Assembly (NCBI RefSeq): GCF_001194135.2
Contig: NC_068993.1
Location: 60,883,087-60,946,194, forward strand
DNA length: 63,108 bases
Direction of reading: 5' to 3'
Source: Octopus bimaculoides
Lineage: Eukaryota
How positions within the stretch are numbered: the stretch's first letter is position 1; each line of letters starts with the position of its first letter. The position numbers were made by a program, and so were the translations under genes. Positions 25,039 to 37,370 of the stretch are shown here, piece by piece. The notes under the pieces were generated by a model. The model was not told the DNA's origin. It made no database searches and worked only from the letters and a program-made list of their open reading frames with translations.

Positions 25039-25119
25039 AGAAGGAAGGAAGGAAGAAAGAAAGAAAGGAAGGAAGAAGAAAGGAAGAAAGAAAAGAAAAA
25101 GAAGGAAAGAAGGAAAGAG
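24698..25119. repeat. 422-bp pure purine tract, (GAAA)n with variants
   Basis: No C or T on the plus strand across the interval. Confidence 0.95.
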
Positions 25120-25616
25120 TGTTATGGTATCGTGAGAGTGTTACCTCATTTCAAAACCTTTGCAGCCATTTGTGTATTTTATTGAGTGACTATGAGGTTA
25201 GAANNNNNNNNNNNNNNNNNNNNNNNNNNNNNNNNNNNNNNNNNNNNNNNNNNNNNNNNNNNNNNNNNNNNNNNNNNNNNNNNNNNNNNNNNNNNNNNNN
25301 NNNNNNNNNNNNNNNNNNNNNNNNNNNNNNNNNNNNNNNNNNNNNNNNNNNNNNNNNNNNNNNNNNNNNNNNNNNNNNNNNNNNNNNNNNNNNNNNNNNN
25401 NNNNNNNNNNNNNNNNNNNNNNNNNNNNNNNNNNNNNNNNNNNNNNNNNNNNNNNNNNNNNNNNNNNNNNNNNNNNNNNNNNNNNNNNNNNNNNNNNNNN
25501 NNNNNNNNNNNNNNNNNNNNNNNNNNNNNNNNNNNNNNNNNNNNNNNNNNNNNNNATATATATATATATATATATATAAATGGAGTTAAACGCAGATGTT
25601 ATTCAAATTCTTTTAT

Positions 25617-25700
25617 TTTCGACATATGTTTCGAAGACAACATTGGTTTTATTCCAAAGGAATAAACGGTGTAAAATAATGTAATCTCCTCATCAGGAAA
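25617..25700 (-). ncRNA. Type I hammerhead ribozyme motif (Penelope-type)
   Basis: tttc-CTGATGA-ggagattacatt...aatgttgtcttc-GAAA-catatg-TC-gaaa: full core, 4-bp stem I, 12-bp stem II with one mismatch, palindromic stem III ACATATGT, GUC site. Confidence 0.8.
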
Positions 25701-25784
25701 GCAAGAGAACCAATCTCAACAACAAGACGTTATAACAATTTTGATGACTGCATAAATGATAAACAGAACGCTATTAAGTATTTT

Positions 25785-25900
25785 TTAAATAACCGTACAC
25801 TTGTCTGCAACTCATACACTCCTCTCCATATACTTTCTGCAACTTTGCTAAAGCCTCTGAGCAGGTATCACCATGGCAACTTTCTCTGAGATGGTCAATG
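25785..25900 (-). mobile_element. Mariner transposase N-terminal remnant
   Basis: GDTCSEALAKLQKVYGEECMSCRQVY matches the mariner HTH pattern (L..VYG..CMS...VY.W). Confidence 0.7.
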
Positions 25901-27039
25901 CGACGATCACACACTACACAACTTTCAAGCACTGCTGCAAACAGCGAAAGTGAGTTGGAACGTTAAAACTTAGTGCTTATGCACAGTAGAGTTATAAACT
26001 CAACAAACACTGCGGATTTCCTGACGTAGATCCAACAAAAATTATATCGTTACTGTGGATGACACCAGGTAGCCGAAAACAGAGAATGTGCTTTAATAGA
26101 CAGACGAATAGACGTATACCAAAATTCAAATAGTTACACACACACACACACACATACATATATATATATATGCACACGCACATACGTGGTTACGCAAACA
26201 TGATTGCAAGTGTATTACAAATGTATGTGTCACGTGGATAGCACTCAGAAATGATCGACTTGATGGATCTATTTTGTTTGTCCACGAATTCAATATTAAG
26301 AATTAGTTTTTCTCGATTCATCTGAGAAAATAATTTACAAGCTCTACAGAACCGAGAAGTCAGCTCATAACACCATTTCTCCGATGATTTACTGGAGAAG
26401 AAAATACAAACCAACGGCTTGTATTATTTCTTATCACTTGCATTGTTTTGGCTTGCAAAAAAAATCAAAACAAATATCTATATTAGACGATGTTTCATGC
26501 AAACGTTCCTAAAATAATATCAATATTAAAATCAAGGATAAATATTATACATTGATCCACTAGATCGATCATCTGTAAGCCTTTTAACAGTTACACTTGT
26601 AAAATGAATTGCATATGTGTATGTCACTAACTAGCTTAACTTCAAAGTAAGAAATATGGCGCACCGTACAATGTACGAACAATGATCACACAAAGATCTC
26701 CCATGAACGAACATAATAGAAGAGCTATAAGCGTAGGTGAAATATTCAGTGAGTATCCATATTTGATACAAGCTATAGTTGAACACAATGAGTCATTCAA
26801 CAGAATCAATGAGGCTAGCTTTCATCACATCTTGCATCCTTATGATACGATATTATGAAAGTTTACTGAATCAGTTTACATACGCGAGTGTTGACCGAGT
26901 TTCAACTGGTAGAACGGATGACGTATCATTAATGAACCATGCTTATGTTCATCTACACAAGAATTACATAAGCTTTATGTACATATACATATTCGTATGC
27001 ATATGTCTGTATGCATATAAATAAGTACACACAGACATG

Positions 27040-27114
<75 letters not shown>

Positions 27115-27384
27115 ATGTGAGGGAGGTTGTTTATGCAGATATTTTAAGCATACTTAGATATATTTGTAATTCAAACAACAAACGCGAGACCCCTAAGAAA
27201 AATATTCTATTTTAATAACTTTTCTTTATTTTAAAAAAAATACCACGACTTAAAATTACATTATAGAATATCGAAGAAAATAACGAGGAAATAAATTTCT
27301 AATGACTAAGGAAACTAGTCTAATAAAGGGGCACAAAAGCCCTTCGATAGGAAAAAAGAAGGTTTATCTAAACTCTCTATATGC

Positions 27385-27704
27385 TTTCGGTGCGAATGGT
27401 TTTTCATACGGCGCCATTTTTGCAATCCGGTTAATAATAATAATGGTTTTAATTCTACAATACACAAAATATTTAAACAGTTTTTTAGACTATTTTCCTT
27501 CCTCGTTGCACGGTGATCGCTATGAGCCTTAGGCTTATATAAAAATACAATTATTATTATTATTTACAGGATTGTAAAAACGGCGCCGTAATAAAAAAAA
27601 CCATTCGCACCGAAAATATACACGCCAAATGGCTATGGGGTGCCAGAAGAATAAAATGGGGACCAAAGCGGGATCCATAGGCAAAAAATGGTTGAGAAGC
27701 ACTG
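27385..27704 (-). mobile_element. hAT-like MITE end with internal foldback
   Basis: Minus strand cagtgcttctcaacc at 27704 (hAT TIR type cagtggttctcaacc); about 60-bp inverted arms at 27385-27444 and 27550-27615. Confidence 0.6.
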
Positions 27705-28932
27705 TACTGCACAAACAGAAATATAGAATCACATTCTGTCTAGGACCACTCGACTCATTGCTATGCAATTACTTACGCACAGGTCCTTGTCTCTGGTCCA
27801 AAGTTCTGCTTTCTCTTCATTTGTCTTTTTTTTATTGATCTCTCATTGGATTGTGTTCCTCGAAACTGATCAGTCTCGTGCTATCTCCAGTCAGGTAACC
27901 CCGACCCATTCACACTTCCAGCTCACGCCAATCTTACCGCATCTCTCCCGCACCCCTTTGGTTCTTTATTTAACACCATTTCCAGTCTTACTGAACAATG
28001 ACGTCGGCTCTGCATCCTGCTTATGTCTTTCTGTATGCAATAGTTTGAACGGAACACGAGTCTGCAAAAGTTACAGTCAGTACTGTTTCATTTAGCTTAA
28101 ACAAATAAAGAAAAATGTACATACAGTCACAAGCACACACAAGCACACATACATACACACACACACACAAGCACATGCACACACACACACACACACATAC
28201 AAACACAGACACACGTAAATTCGTACACCTATTCAACTAGTGATCCATCCATCAAACAAGCAATATATATCTGCATACGTACATACATGCACACATAGAT
28301 ACAGGCATATATGTGTGTGTGTACGTGTGCGTGTGTGTGTGTGTGTGTATACTTACATATACATATATGTGTGCAGATCTGTACATGAATACATGCATAT
28401 ATATATATATATATATATACACACATGCATATATGTGTATGTATGTATAGGCGTAACGATATATACCTCCGTGTATGTGAATACGTACACACGCACACGC
28501 ACACACATACGTACACACACATACACATATCTGTATGCATGTATGCGTGTGTGTGTGTGTGCGCGACGCGTGCGCATGCGTGCGTGTGTCAGGGTAGCAT
28601 AACTGAGCTATAAATCCTGTCCGGTGTTAGTCCCAATAATGTGATCTCAGCGATGAGATAAGGTAGAACCAACGGATGTCACAGCGAGAAATTTATGGAC
28701 AAGAATATGATGGAAGAGGAGGAGGGATAGAAGGAGGAAGAGAATATATTGCATCAGTTCAGTCTACAGCATTCTAAATGATACTGCTTGTTGCTATACA
28801 TATCGCTTCATGTTAGCCGTGTCATATTAGTTGCCATGACAATTCTGTTGACGTCATTAGCATAGAAACACTGAAATAGTAGATAATATTCTGCTTTCAT
28901 GTGTCAGCTTTTCTCTCGTTATGTTTCGTAGA

Positions 28933-28997
28933 TGCGGCTGGGTGCGGCTGTGCGCGGCTGGGTGCGGCTGGGTGCGGCTGGGTGCGGCTAGGTGCGG
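28933..28997. repeat. 6.5 x 10-bp GC-rich minisatellite tgcggctggg
   Basis: Visible directly. Confidence 0.95.
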
Positions 28998-29416
28998 TGA
29001 TTTAGCTGTTGCAGAGGCATGAGTGGACGTGATGTGACTGCCTTGACAGGTCGGCGGTGTGTTGTTGTATGTCGTATTTATTGTGTTGTGTTTCTTTGTG
29101 TTACGTAATATGTTTTGACTACGATCTGCTTTTAGTTATCTTGTAACGGATGCCGGATGTAATGTTGTGTTCTGTTGTTANNNNNNNNNNNNNNNNNNNN
29201 NNNNNNNNNNNNNNNNNNNNNNNNNNNNNNNNNNNNNNNNNNNNNNNNNNNNNNNNNNNNNNNNNNNNNNNNNNNNNNNNNNNNNNNNNNNNNNNNNNNN
29301 NNNNNNNNNNNNNNNNNNNNNNNNNNNNNNNNNNNNNNNNNNNNNNNNNNNNNNNNNNNNNNNNNNNNNNNNNNNNNNNNNNNNNNNNNNNNNNNNNNNN
29401 NNNCTAGCTAGCTAGC

Positions 29417-29457
<41 letters not shown>

Positions 29458-29581
29458 CAATGTGACATTGTTTTCGTCATCTACATTGCAAAGATGAAGC
29501 TTTGTATCTTTGGTTAGAAGTCAGCTCCTTCCTCAGAGGAAGAATTCAAATGATTAAATACAGAAGAGACATACATACATC

Positions 29582-30878
29582 TACCGTGAATCCTCGTAAA
29601 ATCGTACTAATAATAAGAAAGATGTCCGTTTTAGCTGATTGTCCGAGTTAACCGATAATAGGTGTTAATATTGCAATCGTATACCATGTTGAACAGAGGA
29701 AATAGTTAGAAAATGAAAGAAAATATTAGAAATCCCATACGGCTAAATAAACCTTAGCTAGATATTGTAGATTTGACATTGTAATTGTTGATGTCACTGT
29801 GAGTTGTTTCATAAAATTATTTAACAATATGTTAAAGCGTGAAACATTGAAACTGCAAATTGCTAATTTCGTTTGCCCTTGGCAAATCTTTCGTAGCATC
29901 AGCTACGCTTTTTCTCTGATGTATCCTAATAAACTCGATTATCTCGAACCCTTAAAAGTAGTATTCTGCCTTCACATAGAACAGAACTTTCTCCAAGCAT
30001 TGGTTAGATTGATAGACGCCTGTGCCTTCCAAGAAACTCAACTGAATATTGAAAACTTGAGAGTCGTTTTTGATGTTACTGAGAATCGTTTGTTCACGTT
30101 TCTTTCTTAAGGTCGTTGGGTATAATCTCGAGTAAATTACAAAATATATTTTGGTACATTGACTGCATCGTGACTGATTGACACTGATTGACAACATATA
30201 CTTAATTTTTTACCATCATTGCTGACGAGTTACCTGTGAAAATGAATATGCTGCCCCAAAATTCGTTGTCCCGTCGCCACGTCAACAGAAAGTTTGAAGA
30301 AAGCTTTTTGGAATCGACGTAACAGAAGAATGAAAAATTATTTACCAAAGATATGCATCAATGATTACGATTTCTCAGAATGGTAAAAGCACAATACCAG
30401 CTGGTGTATCATGGAGCTGATGAGCTCCATACTACTAAGAATTTTAAAGGAAGCATATTGTCTGCGTCCGCACAATACAACCTTGAAAAAAACCGTTCCT
30501 TACTTGGTTGGCTACCATTCTTAAATGCTTGTGTATTACGAAGCAGTGACCACATGTACAACCCACATTCAGCCTCGTTATACATTTGAGAAATTAGGAT
30601 CCATTCACACTTAATTAAATCATTTAACCTCTTCCTGAAAAGTTCCATTTCTTCGGTTGGTGTAGCATTCCATGTTTCACAATGAGTAATTTTATTACCG
30701 ATTCTATGACAATTTCTAAATTGCCATAACCCTTCGTCACTAACTTCGAAATTCTTGATGTTATATGCCAGCTCGTTTGGGAGTAACCTTTAGAATTCCT
30801 ACAAAACGAAGGCTGCTACTTGAGAATTGTTGAACAATAAACTTCTTCATCGTTGCTTCCTCAAGGTTTGTATTTTTT
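29582..30878 (-). mobile_element. Tigger/pogo DNA transposon remnant with one TIR
   Basis: FEVSDEGLWQFRNCHRI...LFRKRLNDLIKCEWILISQMYNEAECGLYMW...SKERFFSRLYCADA aligns by eye to pogo F.AS.GWL.RF..RH / IYNADETGLFW / KERI..LLCANA; TA+ccgtgaatcctcg TIR-like end at 29582. Confidence 0.85.
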
Positions 30879-30879
30879 A

Positions 30880-30918
<39 letters not shown>

Positions 30919-31360
30919 NNNNNNNNNNNNNNNNNNNNNNNNNNNNNNNNNNNNNNNNNNNNNNNNNNNNNNNNNNNNNNNNNNNNNNNNNNNNNNNNNN
31001 NNNNNNNNNNNNNNNNNNNNNNNNNNNNNNNNNNNNNNNNNNNNNNNNNNNNNNNNNNNNNNNNNNNNNNNNNNNNNNNNNNNNNNNNNNNNNNNNNNNN
31101 NNNNNNNNNNNNNNNNNNNNNNNNNNNNNNNNNNNNNNNNNNNNNNNNNNNNNNNNNNNNNNNNNNNNNNNNNNNNNNNNNNNNNNNNNNNNNNNNNNNN
31201 NNNNNNNNNNNNNNNNNNNNNNNNNNNNNNNNNNNNNNNNNNNNNNNNNNNNNNNNNNNNNNNNNNNNNNNNNNNNNNNNNNNNNNNNNNNNNNNNNNNN
31301 NNNNNNNNNNNNNNNNNNNNNNNNNNNNNNNNNNNNNNNNNNNNNNNNNNNNNNNNNNNN

Positions 31361-31490
31361 NCTACATTTGACGGATATTCGTCCTCATCTTGTTTGTTGT
31401 TAACACAACGTTTCGGCTGATATACCCTCCAGCCTTCGTCAGGTGTCTTGGGGAAATTTCGAACCTGGGTTCTCATTCCTATCGATGTTA
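31361..31490 (-). mobile_element. Penelope-like element terminal (pLTR) fragment
   Basis: Carries the hammerhead motif; its downstream sequence recurs at 41835-41935 (+). Confidence 0.65.
31402..31447 (-). ncRNA. Minimal type I hammerhead ribozyme motif (Penelope-type)
   Basis: gacac-CTGACGA-a-ggctg(gagggtatat)cagcc-GAAA-cg-TT-gtgtt: 5-bp stem I, 5-6-bp stem II, palindromic ACGU stem III. Confidence 0.8.
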
Positions 31491-31491
31491 C

Positions 31492-31547
<56 letters not shown>

Positions 31548-31570
31548 GTTAGATGGTTTGAAAGACGAGC

Positions 31571-31607
<37 letters not shown>

Positions 31608-31609
31608 GC

Positions 31610-31790
31610 GTGTGTGAGTCCTTGTGCCTAAGTTTATCGCTCACGGCAACTTGACAACCGGTGTTGGTGTGTTTATGTTTTATTTTTACAAAAATAAGTA
31701 CTGAGTTCGATTGAGTGAATTAAAAATTCTTCAAGGTGGCGCTCCCACCATGGCCACAGTCTAATGACTGAAACATGTAAAAGACAGCAA
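31610..31790 (+). mobile_element. SINE family B, 3' half
   Basis: cttgacaaccggtgttggtgtgttta...aaggtggcgctcccaccatggccacagtctaatgactgaaac. Confidence 0.8.
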
Positions 31791-33398
31791 AAATACATTC
31801 GACAAATGTAGTCTAAGACATATACAAATATGGGAAGGTCATGGCTGGAATGCCTACGACTGTGGTTCTGCTTGTTCAGAGCTGACCTTGGGCTAAACAC
31901 CAAGAACAACATACTGACTATGCAAAACTTTCAACAACATCTCAGAATGAATACGAAAAGAGATTATAAAAGACAATGGTTAGAATCTCCATTGTAGCAC
32001 AACAGACAAGAGCATGCATGGTTGAATCGAGTATCGTAATCCTATTAGAAGCAACAGAATAGCTATGTATGTATGTACGAACGTATGAACGTAGGAATCT
32101 ATGTATGTGTGTATATATATATATAGTGAGTTCTTACATATATATGCATGTACACATATATATGTCTATCGCGTTGTTTTTTCTTGCTTGTTCTTGTTTG
32201 GATTGACTACGTGTATATATATATATATATNNNNNNNNNNNNNNNNNNNNNNNNNNNNNNNNNNNNNNNNNNNNNNNNNNNNNNNNNNNNNNNNNNNNNN
32301 NNNNNNNNNNNNNNNNNNNNNNNNNNNNNNNNNNNNNNNNNNNNNNNNNNNNNNNNNNNNNNNNNNNNNNNNNNNNNNNNNNNNNNNNNNNNNNNNNNNN
32401 NNNNNNNNNNNNNNNNNNNNNNNNNNNNNNNNNNNNNNNNNNNNNNNNNNNNNNNNNNNNNNNNNNNNNNNNNNNNNNNNNNNNNNNNNNNNNNNNNNNN
32501 NNNNNNNNNNNNNNNNNNNNNNNNNNNNNNNNNNNNNNNNNNNNNNNNNNNNNNNNNNNNNNNNNNNNNNNNNNNNNNNNNNNNNNNNNNNNNNNNNNNN
32601 NNNNNNNNNNNNNNNNNNNNNNNNNNNNNNNNNNNNNNNNNNNNNNNNNNNNNNNNNNNNNNNNNNNNNNNNNNNNNNNNNNNNNNNNNNNNNNNNNNNN
32701 NNNNNNNNNNNNNNNNNNNNNNNNNNNNNNNNNNNNNNNNNNNNNNNNNNNNNNNNNNNNNNNNNNNNNNNNNNNNNNNNNNNNNNNNNNNNNNNNNNNN
32801 NNNNNNNNNNNNNNNNNNNNNNNNNNNNNNNNNNNNNNNNNNNNNNNNNNNNNNNNNNNNNNNNNNNNNNNNNNNNNNNNNNTATTAAAAGGAAGTCACT
32901 AAAATATTTATTTTCACAATACATGCATTGTTTATTTTATTCTATGATTATGAAATATGGCCATTAATATTCAAAACAGTCGAAGTGGTTTCACCATATG
33001 CGTGTTTGCCATTTTTCTTCTTTTATATACACCCATGCCCCACCCCCACCGCACCCACTTATCGCGTTACAGTAGCGTCATGTTTCAGGAAATAGCTTGC
33101 CATAACATCAAATTCCGTAACGTGCTATTCGTTGACTTCCGTATTTTTCTGGCTTCCATGTATCATCGAAATCAATGGGAAAATTCCAAAAGACCCTCTT
33201 GCTAACGAATATTACGATACAAGGAGAGCCTTAAATCAGATTTGAAAAAGAAAAGGTAATATTGAAACAGAAAGTTGTGAAGATGAAGTAATATTATACA
33301 CAAGGAGTCGAAACATGGTGAAAGGAAGCGTTTTAATGAGGCAAAACTGGAACATGTGGCAAGGAAAAGTAACCGTATGGACCTGTTATCTTTTATCT

Positions 33399-33620
33399 AT
33401 TTCATTATTGCCCACAGGGGGCTAAACATAGAGGGGGGAAACAAGGACAGATAAAGGGATTAAGTCGATCACATCGACCCCAGCGCGTAACTGGTACTTA
33501 TTTAATCAACCCCGAAAGGATGAAAGGCAAAGTCGACCTCAGCGGAATTTGAACTCAGAACGTAGCGGCAGACGAAATACCTCTAAGCATTTCGCCGGCG
33601 TGCTAACGTTTCTGCCAGAT
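33399..33620 (-). mobile_element. SINE family A inserted with a 16-bp TSD
   Basis: ctgttatcttttatct at 33383-33398 and 33621-33636. Confidence 0.9.
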
Positions 33621-33850
33621 CTGTTATCTTTTATCTTTTACTTGCTACAGTCATTGGACTGCGGCCGTGCTGGGGCATTATCTCGAAGTGTTTTAGCCGC
33701 ACAAATCTACTCCAATGTTTGTTTATAAGTTTGGTACTTATTCTATCAAACTCTTTTTGTTGAACCGATAAGTTGCAGGGACATAATGAAGCCAACACCG
33801 GTTGTCAAGTGGTGGTGGGAGGACTGACACAACCAGTAATACACATCCAT
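33621..33850 (-). mobile_element. SINE family B, 3' half
   Basis: Reverse complement of the tail: cagtcattggactgcggccgtgctgggg...acaccggttgtcaag. Confidence 0.8.
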
Positions 33851-34549
33851 ACACGCACACGCACATGCATGCATACAAAAAATACACATATTTGATTTTT
33901 TAGTCGTTTTAGCATACACATAGAATTCAATAGCAAAGATGAAAAACAGTTTCCTGGGTGAAATCAATAAATAAGAACAACGAAACACTAAAAGGAAAAA
34001 AAAAAAGTGGTACAAGTGATTTTGTTGGATTTGTAGTTTTTATTCAAAAATGGATCAAAATTTAGCTGCTTTACCTTCTTCTTCTTCTTCTTCTTCTTCT
34101 TCTTCTTCTTCTTCTTCTTCTTCTTCTTCTTCTTCTTCTTCTTCTTCTTCTTCTTCTTCTTCTTCTTCTTCCTTCTAAACAATTAATCACAACCATTACT
34201 GATATGTTGGATTACATTCTTCGTTTAGAATTTAGGCAGTCAGTTGTTTTACAGAAGTCGTGCTAAAGCTTGTGTTATTTCACTAAAGCTTGTGTTATTT
34301 CACTAAAGCTTTTAGATAAGATCACTTTTTGTCTATTTGAATTAGAGATTAGTCTTTGTTCACTTTATAAAGGTTATCTTCTTGTTTGCATGACTGTATA
34401 TCCTGAATATCGCACACGTCATCTTCTTCATATCCCACTTTCCGTACCATTCACACAAGGTTGAGACCATTTCATCGTCTGCCCTGTTGTTTTACTTTCT
34501 TACATTTAAACAATCTTTTTAGTGCGAACTCTAGGTATCTTTTGTGATT

Positions 34550-34970
34550 TCATTGCTTGCATAATGATTTTTTTTTCTCCAGAAACGTATGACAGACTGT
34601 AATCAATTGACTTATACTTCTTCGGAGGTTATACGCAGTAAAAGCTGAAATGACTCTCTGAACCATTGGTTGTAATGATGCAGTTGTGTTTGGTAAAATG
34701 AAAATGACTGCAGCATGTATGTATGTTTGAAGTGAATTAAGATTTGAACGATAACCATGAGCGTTGACAGAAAGCAGATATCCTGTGGCTCGTAACTTTT
34801 GATTGCAGAGCATAAATGTTCAACGAACCAATATTCGGTAAACAAAAACAAATTCGATGTAAGTAAATCTTTCGCGTTAGATTTCCTTATAACAGGTTAA
34901 CTAGATTTGGAGAAGCCATTCCTTGCTCTTGGGATACAGACACAACGAATATCTATTGGCTTAATTTTCG
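34550..34970 (-). mobile_element. Second Tigger/pogo transposase remnant (DDE_1 region)
   Basis: KIKP...PRARNGFSKSS*PVI.KSNAK...FTEYWFVEH; LLSVNAHGYRSNL...VIFILPNTTASLQPMVQRVISAFTAYNLRR resembles LL.DNAPGHP / FLPPNTTSLLQPMDQGVI..FKAYYLRR. Confidence 0.85.
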
Positions 34971-35434
34971 AATAAAAGGAAGGACCTTTCGTGGTTTTAA
35001 GTGCAAGTTCCTTTTTCTCTCCTCCTAAGTAAAAAAATTTACATATAAACGTTTCGAAAAGAGTTCATATTTTTGTTCATTAACAATGAATTTGGTAGAT
35101 ATTTACAGCTTTCTATAATGAGCGTTGATTGTGCTTAAAATTCGGATGTAGCTGGATATCAGCACTTGTTGATTCTCCTGTTATTCAAGTGTTATGGAGA
35201 TCAGATCGTTTCTTAAAATTTTCAAAAGATCCAAGAAACAACAAGCATTTGAGTGATTCTCTCAGCTTCTTATTTCAACGGATTAAATACCGTATTTCCG
35301 GAATACAAATCGACGTGGTATATAGTATAAATATGTAGTGTAAACATCGTCAGTAGCATTCCAAATCCTGCTGCATTTCACATGGAATATTTTATCCGCC
35401 AATAATCTAATCGACTTTAGCCTCTCACCCGAAT

Positions 35435-35630
35435 TTGCAAGTTCGGGGGGGGGGGGGCTAAAGTCGATTAGATCGGACCCCAGTACGTAACTGGTATTTA
35501 TTTTATCGACTTCGAAACGATGAAAGGCAAAATCAACCTCGGCAGAATTTGAACTCAGAACGTAAAGACGGACAAAATTCCTCTAAGCATTTTGCCCGGC
35601 GAAGAAACAATTCTGCCAGCTCTTCGCCTT
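35435..35630 (-). mobile_element. SINE family A
   Basis: Reverse complement consensus, ending ctgccagctcttcgcc. Confidence 0.9.
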
Positions 35631-35945
35631 AGGGAAGCGAATTATTAATGGTAGAGATGATAGTGGAAGTGCTCTTTTCTTTAACTTGCCTCGGACCCCC
35701 ACTGATTCGGCTAAACTACGGTTGAAATTGCCCTTTGTCCCCGAACAAGCATATAAACGAACATCAGAAACTAATTTTTAATTTCTCGGAATTGTCTCTC
35801 TTTTCTTTGAAGAGTCCATCACGAATCCTGCAAAACGTTTGTCTTCTTTCTCCAAGAACGAAGACAATTTTCAGCAAGTACTGCTTGCGAAGCATATTCA
35901 TTCCCTCACACATTTAACTAATTATTCATTATTTATGGCATTGTA

Positions 35946-36030
35946 AGACGGCGAGCTGGCAGAATCGTTACTATGCCGGATAAAATGCTCAGCGGCATTT
36001 TTTCTGGCTTTACGTTTTGAGTTCAAATTC
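35946..36030 (+). mobile_element. SINE family A head
   Basis: gacggcgagctggcagaatcgtta...ttgagttcaaattc. Confidence 0.85.
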
Positions 36031-37111
36031 TATCTATATATCTGTCTGTCTATCTATCTGTCTATCTATCAGTCTGTCTCCCTATCTATCATCCAATAAA
36101 ATGAAGGCAAACTTTTCTTTAACCAATCTTTCTTTCTTTCTTCCTGTCTTCATAAGAATTTTCTTTCTTCTTGTCCATTTCTTCCTCTCTTTTTTCCTTT
36201 CTTTTCATTCCCTTCTTTCTTGCGTTCGTCTTTCTTTTCTCTCTTTTTCCTGTTTTCTTCTTTCTTTCTCTTATCTGTTTCCTCCAATCCGTTCCTTTTT
36301 ATTTTCTCTCTCAAACTTTATTTCTTCTTTCCTTCTTTCTTTCCTCCTTTCCTCCTTTTCTCTTTCCCTCCCCCCTCTCCCTCTCTCTCTCCCTGTCTTT
36401 TTCTTTTCTTTCTTTCCTTGTTCTTTCTTTCCTTTCTTCCTTTCATTTTTCTTCACATCAAATCCGTGTCTCTCAATAAACTCTCTTAATTCTAATCTCG
36501 TTTATTATATTTTTTTAAATGTCCGCCTCGTTAATTTTCTCTCCTTTAGCAGAAACTCGCACAAACACCCCACTCACTCACTCCTCCACTTAACTCTCCT
36601 CTCTCTCCTCCCCTCTATCCCCCGCATCTCTTTACGCCCCCACTCTATCCCCTCCTTCTGTCTACTCCTCCCCTTCTTCTCATACTCTTACTTCTCCCCC
36701 ACACATAATTTCCCCCTCTCTGTTTCTCTCTGTTTCTCTTTAAACATACACACGTACTCACACACCCACACACAGACACTCATACGCGCACACATACTTC
36801 AACATCTCTGCCTATCTCTCTCCCTCCCATCACATGTATATATACGTCTATATCCGCCCCCTCACCCTTCTCTCTCTCTCTCTCTCTCTCTCTTTCCCGC
36901 CCTCCTCCTCCCCCACCCATTTCAGCGTTGAAATTCATATCATGATCCCTTATAATAATCTATGTATCTCATAATTGACATAATTAAATATATTATCAAC
37001 GAAATGTCACTTCAGTAGCAGACTATTGATTACCAACATCATCATCATCATCTACATTATTCTTGCTATTGTTGTTTTTATTGCTGTTGTCGGTGTTGTT
37101 GTTGTTGTTGT

Positions 37112-37173
<62 letters not shown>

Positions 37174-37180
37174 CTCTTAA

Positions 37181-37216
<36 letters not shown>

Positions 37217-37266
37217 TATTATTATTATCATTATTATTATTATTATTGTGCAAACAATGCTGCTGC

Positions 37267-37321
<55 letters not shown>

Positions 37322-37370
37322 GTTATTATCATCATCATTAGTGTTGTTGTTGTTGTTATATTATTCCATT
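36030..37370. repeat. Pyrimidine-rich tract (36030-36910) and compound GTT/AGT/ATT arrays (37030-37370)
   Basis: Visible directly. Confidence 0.9.

Noticed and set aside
24678-25589. 303-aa K/E/R-rich ORF
   Set aside because: It is the (GAAA)n purine tract plus an N gap; stops cannot occur in purine-only DNA.
29455-29540. CTGAGGA-aggagc...gcttc on the minus strand
   Set aside because: GAAA does not follow the putative stem II, and the later GAAA hairpin has no stem I partner. At most a badly decayed Penelope end.
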